Shown here piece after piece: positions 37,327-44,388 of a stretch of DNA of 64,000 nucleotides (positions are counted from its first letter, which is position 1; every line of letters starts with the position of its first letter). A program made the position numbers and the translations under genes. The stretch is from Pelolinea sp. (lineage in GTDB: Bacteria; Chloroflexota; Anaerolineae; Anaerolineales; Anaerolineaceae): assembly GCA_012797975.1 (NCBI GenBank), contig JAAZOD010000022.1:22797-86796 (forward strand), in the 5' to 3' direction. The notes beneath the pieces are model-generated. The model ran no database searches. It was not told the DNA's origin and saw nothing but the letters and a program-made list of their open reading frames with translations.

Positions 37327-38408
37327 GCCGCTTCTCCGCGTAACTGGCGGATGATGTGTGCCATGAAAGAGAGGTTGTGGATGGTCGCCAGACGCGCGAA
37401 CAGGGTTTCGTTGATCTGGTGCAGATGATGGATGTAACTCATGCTGTAGTGCTGGCAGGTGGGACAGGGGCAGGTGGGGTCGATGGGTTGTGTATCGCGC
37501 ATGTGCTTTTCGTCTTGCGCATAGATGTAGTCCAGCCAGTCCAGGGAGCGGGTGTTGAACTCTCCGCGCAGCCGGTACAGCCGGCCGTGACGTGCATCGC
37601 GGGTGGGCATGGCGCAGTCAAAAAGCCGGTAGCCAAACTGAAAGGTCCTCACCAGATTATAAGGATGCCCGATGCCCAGCGCGTGCATAGGGAATTGGGT
37701 GGGGATCAATTCGCGCGTGTAGCCCACCATCTCTTCCACCAGATTGCCATCTTTATCCAGCGGCCAGCCGCCATATCCATAACCGTCAAAACCGATCTCC
37801 AGCAGGGCGCTGGCGCAGGTTTCACGATGCTGGCGGGAACCGCCGCCCTGTACCACGGCAAACAGCTTGCGCTGGCGATCCGCATCGTTTTGTGTGTTTT
37901 CCATCAGACGCTGAAATTCCTGTTTGCAGCGGCTTGCCCAATGCACGGTGCGTTGCACCGATAGCACCTGTTCACTGTCCGCGTCGTCCACATGTGTGCA
38001 ATCATCCAGGCAGAACAACACATCCGCGCCCATCTTCCATTGGATCTGTATGCTTTTTTCAGGGGTGAGCGTGATTTTCTTTCCGTGAGCGGTATTTTTC
38101 AAATGGATGCCATCATCCGAGAAGCTACCAAAGCCGCTGTTCTGGCGGATGAGGGAGTACGCTTGAAAACCGCCCGAATCGGTGAAAATGGGACCCTGCC
38201 AGCCGCTGAAGGCATGCAAGCCGCCCAGCGCGCTGATCACAGTGGTACCGGGTTTTTGCATCAGGTGGTAGGAATTCATCATGACGGCCTGCACACCGCA
38301 AGCCGCCAGGTCCTGTGCGTCCAATCCGCGCACTTGCCCGAAAGTGGCATCGGGCAAAAAAGCGGGCAGGGGGATCACTCCGTGGGAGGTCGAAAAAAGC
38401 GTATCCAT
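37323..38408 (-). CDS. TGT-family (tRNA-guanine transglycosylase-like) enzyme with a non-canonical base-selectivity segment
   Basis: Conserved blocks: IFTDSGGFQ, LDDC, LFAVVQGG, LFDCAMPTRDARHG, and the zinc site CPCPTCQHYSMSYIHH. Divergent blocks: FLPDAT where bacterial Tgt has FMPVGT, and GYGGWPLDKDG where it has GGLAVGEP. Confidence 0.85.
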   Translation of the reverse strand: MDTLFSTSHGVIPLPAFLPDATFGQVRGLDAQDLAACGVQAVMMNSYHLMQKPGTTVISALGGLHAFSGWQGPIFTDSGGFQAYSLIRQNSGFGSFSDDGIHLKNTAHGKKITLTPEKSIQIQWKMGADVLFCLDDCTHVDDADSEQVLSVQRTVHWASRCKQEFQRLMENTQNDADRQRKLFAVVQGGGSRQHRETCASALLEIGFDGYGYGGWPLDKDGNLVEEMVGYTRELIPTQFPMHALGIGHPYNLVRTFQFGYRLFDCAMPTRDARHGRLYRLRGEFNTRSLDWLDYIYAQDEKHMRDTQPIDPTCPCPTCQHYSMSYIHHLHQINETLFARLATIHNLSFMAHIIRQLRGEAA

Positions 38409-38456
38409 TGGTTGATACGCTTGATTGTAACATTGACAAAGAAAAAGCCGGAATGG

Positions 38457-39374
38457 TTAATGCAATACGCTCAATGCGTGCAGGGTTACCCATGTGTCCA
38501 CCGTATCCTGCCCGGCGGTAAAGGACCAGGTACGCTTGCGGGCTGGGCTGGCTCCCCGCCACATGCCGCTCAAGGAGCGTTTTCCGCGCAGCCAGTTCAG
38601 TGCCTGGAGGGCAGAGGGATGGTGAAGTGCGTCCAGTTCGTCCAGCACGCGCAGGGTGAAAAGGATATCCGTGCTGTAAAAGAGCGGAAAGTTCAGCGAG
38701 AACCAGCAGCGATGGATCTGTTCCTGATACGGGTAATCGGCCTTGAGCAGAGAATAGCGCTCCAGCAGGAATTCTAGACCATGCCGGATGGCATGCTCCA
38801 CCTGCGCAGAGCGTTTTTCAACCGGAATGGCAGCCAATCCCCACATCGCGCGGATCAAACCCCAGGCGCAGGGCAGTCCGTAATTCCAGTCGCAACGGGC
38901 ATCAACTTCGACCTCGCGCACCTGCAGGCAAATGGTCTCTTGAAGGATGGGGTCTTCCAGCGCGCCGCAATGGATTTGATAGCGGGCGAAGTTCCCCCAA
39001 AAGCAGATCAATCCCCTTTCGTCATTCTCGATCTGTTCATGCAGACTTTGCTGCATGCGTTTGCGCATATAGGCCGCCCCTTGCTGCATGGCTGGATGGT
39101 CGCCCGACAGGCCCAGTTCGGTCAATAATTGCATGCTCCAGTGCGTGGCTTTATATTTTGGTGTATAGTGGCTGCGTTCCCACACCCAGTACCCTTCGGG
39201 ATGCTGTTCTTTGAGGATGGAGCATACCGGTTCCTGTTCTGCCAGCAGAATTTGCTGTTGCAGAACCAGGGGATCGTCCGGTGATAATCCTTTCAGTTTT
39301 AATAAAGTGAACAGGCGGATCGAAGGTGTATCCGCCTGTTCCAATGTCTGGATCAATTCTTCACGAGTTTGCAT
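38457..39374 (-). CDS. hypothetical helical-repeat protein (possibly alpha/alpha-toroid, prenyltransferase-like)
   Basis: 305 aa starting at the ATG at 39374 (AAAGGGGAAAC upstream). Trp/Gly-rich helical repeats are present. The fold assignment is a guess. The track extension to 39806 overlaps the next gene and I rejected it. Confidence 0.5.
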   Translation of the reverse strand: MQTREELIQTLEQADTPSIRLFTLLKLKGLSPDDPLVLQQQILLAEQEPVCSILKEQHPEGYWVWERSHYTPKYKATHWSMQLLTELGLSGDHPAMQQGAAYMRKRMQQSLHEQIENDERGLICFWGNFARYQIHCGALEDPILQETICLQVREVEVDARCDWNYGLPCAWGLIRAMWGLAAIPVEKRSAQVEHAIRHGLEFLLERYSLLKADYPYQEQIHRCWFSLNFPLFYSTDILFTLRVLDELDALHHPSALQALNWLRGKRSLSGMWRGASPARKRTWSFTAGQDTVDTWVTLHALSVLH

Positions 39375-39403
39375 GTTTCCCCTTTTCTCGCTGCCACAAG
39401 CGC

Positions 39404-39907
39404 TTATTCTTTTTTCTTGGGTTTGATGAAAGCGCTGATCAATACGATTACGCCCAGGCCGATGATGAACAGCGGCCAGTATGCGCCAACCTGCCAGCCC
39501 AGCCCGTAGGTTCCGCCGAAGATGATAAATCCGGCTGCGCTGATGGCCATCAGAACCAACCCGCTGCTCTCGAATTTGGGCCCGCTGCGGTCGATCAGGC
39601 CGCTCAGCAGAATGCCCACCCCCACAAATCCGGGGATCAATGTCCAGGCATACGCCCAGGTATCCCAGGCGCCGGTCATCTCTTGATAATACAGAATGGC
39701 CCCGATGCCAGCAATGATGCAGCCGGGAATGGCTAACCCACCGGTTCTGGAGAGAAGAGCAGCCAGAAGGAAGATCGCGCCCACTCCGATGATCGAGAAT
39801 GGCCAATCCAGAAAGTTAAAGGTTTCTGGGAAAACGCGGGTGACCAAGAGGCACGCGCCGATGATGATGAGGATGATACCCCAGACCAGATCACTTCGAT
39901 TTTTCAT
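39404..39907 (-). CDS. small multi-pass membrane protein (DUF5668/LiaF-N-like)
   Basis: 167 aa with about 5 Gly-rich TM helices and a KPKKKE tail. First gene of the co-directional block. Confidence 0.6.
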   Translation of the reverse strand: MKNRSDLVWGIILIIIGACLLVTRVFPETFNFLDWPFSIIGVGAIFLLAALLSRTGGLAIPGCIIAGIGAILYYQEMTGAWDTWAYAWTLIPGFVGVGILLSGLIDRSGPKFESSGLVLMAISAAGFIIFGGTYGLGWQVGAYWPLFIIGLGVIVLISAFIKPKKKE

Positions 39908-39991
39908 TTTTATCTCCTTTTTTTCCAGTACTGATCTATTCCATATACGCAGAAAAGTGCATGGGGTTGCAGGAAAAAGGTCGTTGTCCCA

Positions 39992-41182
39992 TCACAATGC
40001 GGCTGTCAGTTCTTTGGCGAGCGCATGGATTTGCATGAGATCTTCTTGCGTGGCCTGTCCTTTGAAGTCAACCTTTCCTAGCAGTTCCCATTCCAGCACT
40101 TCACATTGCCTGTTCATGAAACGCATGGCTCCGCCGCCCCAGCCGTAACTGCCGATGTAGATGGCTTTTTTATGGGTCATGCGTTTTTTATCCGCCATTT
40201 CCAGCGTAAATTCCATGCTGGGGAAGAGTGCTCCTTCATAGGTCGGCGCACACACCACCACTCCGGCGCTGGTCCATAGGGCAGGCAGCACGTAGCTGAT
40301 GGGAGTTTGCGTCACGTCCGTGCTCTCGAATTCTATACCGTTTTCTAGCAACGCTTTTTCCACCGCGGGAAGTACTTTGTGAGTGTTGCCGTACATGGAA
40401 GCGTGCAGCACGCATACTTTCTTTGGATAGTTGCCGCCTGCGTATCCGGACCACTGCAGATAGAGCTCCAGAATGCGCGCGGGGTTGGCACGCCACACCA
40501 ATCCATGCGAAGGAGCCACCATTTTTACTGCCACACTGGATATCTTTTCAGCCGCTTTGAGCACTGGCTTGCTGAAAGCGCATACGATGTTGGAAAAGTA
40601 GCGCAGCGCTTCCCGCTCGAAGGGCTGCAGATCGGGTTGCTCATCATCGAAGATGCCGTGTTCCAGTTTTCCATACCCGCCAAAACCATCGCAGGAAAAG
40701 AGGATCCCGCTGCTTTCTTCATAGGTCATGATGGTCTCCGGCCAGTGCACCATGGGGGTGGAAAGGAAGCGCAGGGTATGGCTGCCCAGGCGGATGGTTT
40801 CATTATCTGCGACGGTTTGAAAGTGTTCGTTGATCCCGAAGAAGGATGCCAGCATATCGCGCGTTTTTTCGCTGCCCAAAATGGTGATTTGCGGGGCGAT
40901 CTGCAGCAATTCTCGGATTGCACCGGAGTGGTCGGGTTCCATGTGGTTTACCACCAGATAAGTGAGCTGGCGCGGATCGATGCAGGCCTTGATGTTTTCC
41001 ATCAGCAGTGCGCCGGTGCTGTCTTTGCACAGGTCGATCAGGGTGCTTTTTTCATCCTTGATCAAATAACTGTTGTATGAAATGCCCTCTTTTTCGATCG
41101 TCCACAGCCCTTCAAAGAGGCGAGTGGAGGTGTCATTCACACCGATCCAAAAGATGCCATCCGATAAAGCGATTGGTTTCAT
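39992..41182 (-). CDS. fprA: flavodiiron protein (FprA-type A-type flavoprotein)
   Basis: An N-terminal metallo-beta-lactamase-like domain (VNHMEPDHSGA) plus a C-terminal flavodoxin-like domain. AAGGAGAC SD. Confidence 0.9.
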   Translation of the reverse strand: MKPIALSDGIFWIGVNDTSTRLFEGLWTIEKEGISYNSYLIKDEKSTLIDLCKDSTGALLMENIKACIDPRQLTYLVVNHMEPDHSGAIRELLQIAPQITILGSEKTRDMLASFFGINEHFQTVADNETIRLGSHTLRFLSTPMVHWPETIMTYEESSGILFSCDGFGGYGKLEHGIFDDEQPDLQPFEREALRYFSNIVCAFSKPVLKAAEKISSVAVKMVAPSHGLVWRANPARILELYLQWSGYAGGNYPKKVCVLHASMYGNTHKVLPAVEKALLENGIEFESTDVTQTPISYVLPALWTSAGVVVCAPTYEGALFPSMEFTLEMADKKRMTHKKAIYIGSYGWGGGAMRFMNRQCEVLEWELLGKVDFKGQATQEDLMQIHALAKELTAAL

Positions 41183-41203
41183 CCTGTCTCCTTACTTTAA
41201 AAA

Positions 41204-41268
41204 GAAATATGACTTAATTTTAAGTCATATTTCACAGGGAACGTACAAGTACACAAAGAAATATATTT
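41204..41268. promoter_or_regulatory. two AT-rich perfect palindromes sharing a GAAATAT half-site (operator and/or terminator)
   Basis: GAAATATGACTTAA-tt-TTAAGTCATATTTC spans 41204-41233 (14-bp arms). AGAAATATATTTCT spans 41255-41268. Both lie between the VIT stop (41271) and the fprA ATG (41182). Confidence 0.4.
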
Positions 41269-41270
41269 CT

Positions 41271-41879
41271 CTAATGGCCGCCGCCCAGGAAATTGCTGAT
41301 CACGATCGAGATCAGCCCGGCTGTCAGGGTTTTTAATCCCATGACGATCCAGCTTTGCTTGGATATTTTTCCAAGGAACATGCCCAACCCGAACAGCACC
41401 AGCAGCGCAAAGCCGATGGAAACGTAATAGATGATGTGAATATCGCTGAACAGGTTGGCAAAGAAGAAGGGGATCAATACCACCAGCGCTGCCAGGAACG
41501 GTGATAAGCCGTCCACCAGCGCCACCGCCACGGCGGCGAACCGCGATGCTTTCTCGATTTTGCTGCCGTTCAGGTCGGTCAGGGTGCTGTGGCTGAGCTC
41601 ATCCATCTCGCGTTTCCGCTCTGCAGATTCGGTCAAAAATGAACCCCATAAGCCGGAGATGCCAATGGCTACCGAGGTCGTCAGTCCGGTGGTTACCACG
41701 ATCATGGCATCATCCACCCCGGCTGCATAATGCCCCATCAACACACCGATGATGGTCAACACGCCGTCGAATGCGTTCATGGCGAAATACCGTCGTGCGA
41801 TTTCGCCGATTTCTGCAATATCACTATATTCAGATATCCTCTCGATCAAACGCCTGAGAGGGTTGCTTTTCTTTTTCAT
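41271..41879 (-). CDS. VIT1/CCC1-family (vacuolar-iron-transporter-like) membrane protein
   Basis: NAFDGVLTIIGVLMG...GLTTSVAIGISGLWGSFL...EREMDE...VDGLSPFLAAL fits PF01988 as I remember it. Confidence 0.7.
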   Translation of the reverse strand: MKKKSNPLRRLIERISEYSDIAEIGEIARRYFAMNAFDGVLTIIGVLMGHYAAGVDDAMIVVTTGLTTSVAIGISGLWGSFLTESAERKREMDELSHSTLTDLNGSKIEKASRFAAVAVALVDGLSPFLAALVVLIPFFFANLFSDIHIIYYVSIGFALLVLFGLGMFLGKISKQSWIVMGLKTLTAGLISIVISNFLGGGH

Positions 41880-41897
41880 GATAGTTTATGCGGGGAT

Positions 41898-42188
41898 TTA
41901 ATCCTGAAGGGTTGCCGCATCGTCGATGATCATTTTGCCGGCAACAACTTCGTCAATGGAATGAATGGATCCACCCAGATCCCGGATCATGGCTGCGACG
42001 ACATCATAATCAAGATCATCACCTTCAATGGTGATCTTGGCATTTTCAACTTTATGGTCGATCTCGGCAATGCTGATATTGACCGCTGAAATGCCCTCTA
42101 ATACACTGATTTTTTTTGCAAGGTCCACAATACTTGGTTCGATCGGTTTCAGCACATCCAAAACCAATCTACGAATTTTTCCTATCAT
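41898..42188 (-). CDS. DUF211 family protein
   Basis: 96 aa. IRRLVLDVLKPIEPSIVDLAK...IEGDDLDYD is the DUF211 (COG1888) pattern. It lies 18 nt upstream of the VIT gene. Confidence 0.7.
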   Translation of the reverse strand: MIGKIRRLVLDVLKPIEPSIVDLAKKISVLEGISAVNISIAEIDHKVENAKITIEGDDLDYDVVAAMIRDLGGSIHSIDEVVAGKMIIDDAATLQD

Positions 42189-42279
42189 CTCTGTTTCTTA
42201 AAAAAGACTCCTTCCGATTTTTGAGAAATATCAACTGCCCAATTTATACCATACTTTGGAGGTCATTCCATATGTATAT

Positions 42280-43359
42280 CTATTTCTTATACAGTTCCTC
42301 AACCCAGGTTTTGTTCTTCCATAAAGCACAGGCGCCATCGCTCTCATCCAACCGATCACCGCTGTTGCGGATGACTTGCAGGTGAGGAGAACGCAGTGCC
42401 GAGAGCAGGCTGACTTCCTGCAGGTTGGCATCGGAGAAGGGTGAGAAGGGGCAGGGCTGCACCTCTCCCTGTGGATTGATGTGGATCAGCCCTTTTGCTC
42501 CTGCCAGACAGCCCCCCAATTCCATTTCCCCTCCCGGAAATGCCATGAATAAGGCCGGGAATTTCATGCGCAGTTCTTCCAGAATGGCCAGATGGCGCAT
42601 GACCTGTTGGGTTGTCAACGCCAGGGAACGGGTTTGCGGATCGATGGGCAGGTAATTGATGAAAAAGAACACCTTACAGCCCTTGTCCATCATATCGATC
42701 AGGTATTCTTCGTTGTTCACCAGCTCAAAGTTGCGGCTGGTCTGGGTGATGGAGGTGCCGAACAGCATCTTTTCTTGTTTCAATGCTGAAAAAACCTCCA
42801 CGGCACGTTCGTAAATTCCGCCACCGCGCCGCAGGTCCGTATCCTGCTGGTCGCCTTCAATGCTGATGACCGGCAGGATGTTGCCCTGCCGCTTGATGCG
42901 CTGAATGGCTGCCTCATCCAGCAGGGTGCCGTTGGTGAACAGCAGGAAGATGAGGTTCGGAAATTCCTGGATGGTATCCAGCAACCCCGGGCGCAGGAGG
43001 GGTTCTCCGCCTGCCAGCAGGATCACCGAAACACCCAGCTCTTTGGCTTGCTGGATGACCGCCCTGAATTGGGTAGCGGTAAGCTCCTTTTTACTATTCT
43101 GATGGAGGATCTTGGCATAACACCCTGCACAATCCAGGTTGCAGTCGTTGGTGACGCTGAAAATGATCATGGGTGGTATTTGCACACCCTGGCGCAGATA
43201 CTTCTTGCGTTTTCGTTCCGCCAGCCGGTAGGCAAAGTACAGACGGCCTGCCGAAGAAGCCAGGCGCGGATTGTTCAAACTGAAGGATACGATCTGCTTC
43301 AACCCCATTTCGAAGCTGATATTGAAGTATTGGGTGATATTGTCTATTTTGTGTGACAT
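42280..43359 (-). CDS. radical SAM protein with a partial SPASM-like C-terminus
   Basis: CNLDCAGCY (CxxxCxxC), LAGGEPLL, and C-terminal GGCLAG...INPQGEVQPCPF. Confidence 0.85.
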   Translation of the reverse strand: MSHKIDNITQYFNISFEMGLKQIVSFSLNNPRLASSAGRLYFAYRLAERKRKKYLRQGVQIPPMIIFSVTNDCNLDCAGCYAKILHQNSKKELTATQFRAVIQQAKELGVSVILLAGGEPLLRPGLLDTIQEFPNLIFLLFTNGTLLDEAAIQRIKRQGNILPVISIEGDQQDTDLRRGGGIYERAVEVFSALKQEKMLFGTSITQTSRNFELVNNEEYLIDMMDKGCKVFFFINYLPIDPQTRSLALTTQQVMRHLAILEELRMKFPALFMAFPGGEMELGGCLAGAKGLIHINPQGEVQPCPFSPFSDANLQEVSLLSALRSPHLQVIRNSGDRLDESDGACALWKNKTWVEELYKK

Positions 43360-43482
43360 CTTTTTTCCATTCTACAGTGAAATATACGCAAAAAGGTACG
43401 GCCGGTTTCTCGATGGGAGATGTTTTCACCATTCTCATATAATTAATGGATAATCAGTATGATTGTACCGGAAGGAAACATA

Positions 43483-44115
43483 ATGGGAGAAAAACTGTGT
43501 CCGAAAGTGATCTTGGAAGGTACACGCCTGACCTTGAAGACGGAGATCGCTTTTACGTTGAACGAACATGCGCGCGTGGTCGGGCCGCGCAAATATCGCT
43601 ACCATTCCCCGCTGATCTCGGCGGAATGGTGTGCCTTTACCAACTATCCCTGGGGGAGGGGCTTGATCAATTTCAACCCTGAAGAAGAGGAACTGGCGAT
43701 GGAAACCTACCGAACCTGGGTACATCTCTTTGAACTGCAGCGCTACTACTCTTGGATCGTGGACCGTTTTCATCTTTCCACCGTCATGTACCAGTGGATG
43801 GCACATCACAAGCGCTGTGACTTTGGCTGGCTTGAAGAGCGCCTGCTGCCGCTGAATTTTCGTCTGGTTTTTTGCACACGTTCTGCCGACTCCTTCCGGG
43901 CAGCGCGTGCGGAGCGCTTGAAGATCTCCGGAAATCCCGCCCAGTATGATGATTTACAGTTGTTCATGGATGAACAGGACCTGCTGCGTGAACTGGTGGC
44001 TGCTTCCCGCCTGCCATCGCTGGAGGTGGATGTGTCGGATAACAGCGTGGCGCATGCCGCCGATACCATCGCTGATTGGCTGCAAGCCAGCGGTGGTTTG
44101 TATATGAACCAGTGA
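43483..44115 (+). CDS. hypothetical protein, thymidylate/deoxynucleoside-kinase-like with a degenerate P-loop
   Basis: ILEGTRLTLKTE occupies the position of the (I/V)xxEGxxGxGK(S/T) Walker A, with Gly replaced by Leu. DRFHLS resembles the kinase DRY/F..S block. ATG 43483 has GGAAGGA upstream, whereas the track start 43459 has none. Confidence 0.4.
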   Translation: MGEKLCPKVILEGTRLTLKTEIAFTLNEHARVVGPRKYRYHSPLISAEWCAFTNYPWGRGLINFNPEEEELAMETYRTWVHLFELQRYYSWIVDRFHLSTVMYQWMAHHKRCDFGWLEERLLPLNFRLVFCTRSADSFRAARAERLKISGNPAQYDDLQLFMDEQDLLRELVAASRLPSLEVDVSDNSVAHAADTIADWLQASGGLYMNQ

Positions 44116-44182
44116 GGAAAAATCCTTGTAGCAAAAAGAACTTCTTCCATTTCTTTTATGAGAAGCGTTCTCTTATAAATGG

Positions 44183-44210
44183 TCGATAAACGGCCTAATG
44201 CGGTTATAAT
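44183..44210 (+). promoter_or_regulatory. candidate promoter of the riboswitch-controlled transcript
   Basis: TATAAT at 44205-44210 and a weak -35 (TCGATA at 44183-44188, 16-nt spacer). Confidence 0.35.
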
Positions 44211-44216
44211 AAAAAC

Positions 44217-44318
44217 AACAAAACGAAAAGGCAAACTCGGCGAAAGCCGGGGACGCAAAGCCATGGGTCTACCGGTGGAAACACCTACGACTGCCAGGTT
44301 GCCGAAAGTGGAATCATG
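44217..44318 (+). promoter_or_regulatory. c-di-GMP-I (GEMM-I) riboswitch aptamer
   Basis: AAAGGCAAAC-UCGGC-GAAA-GCCGG-GGACGCAAAGCC-AUGGGUCU...GGUG-GAAA-CACC...GACUGCCAGGUUGCCGAAAG. This reproduces the conserved GCAAAC / GNRA hairpin / GGACGCAAAGCC / ..GGUUxCCGA core of GEMM-I (compare Vc2 as remembered). Confidence 0.8.
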
Positions 44319-44325
44319 AGTTCCG

Positions 44326-44358
44326 GCAGCTGGCATTTTGCCAGCTGTTTTCGTTTTG
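44326..44358 (+). terminator. riboswitch expression-platform terminator
   Basis: CAGCTGGC (44327-44334) pairs with GCCAGCTG (44340-44347), then TTTTCGTTTT. The left arm CTGGCA can alternatively pair with TGCCAG (44292-44297) in the aptamer 3' part. Confidence 0.7.
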
Positions 44359-44388
44359 AAAACAAACGAAAGGAGACGATATACTCAA

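Noticed and set aside
39375-39806. N-terminal 144-codon extension of track ORF 38457-39806
   Set aside because: It overlaps the membrane-protein gene (39404-39907) out of frame and is R/H/G-rich. The internal ATG at 39374 has an SD-like AAAGGGG.
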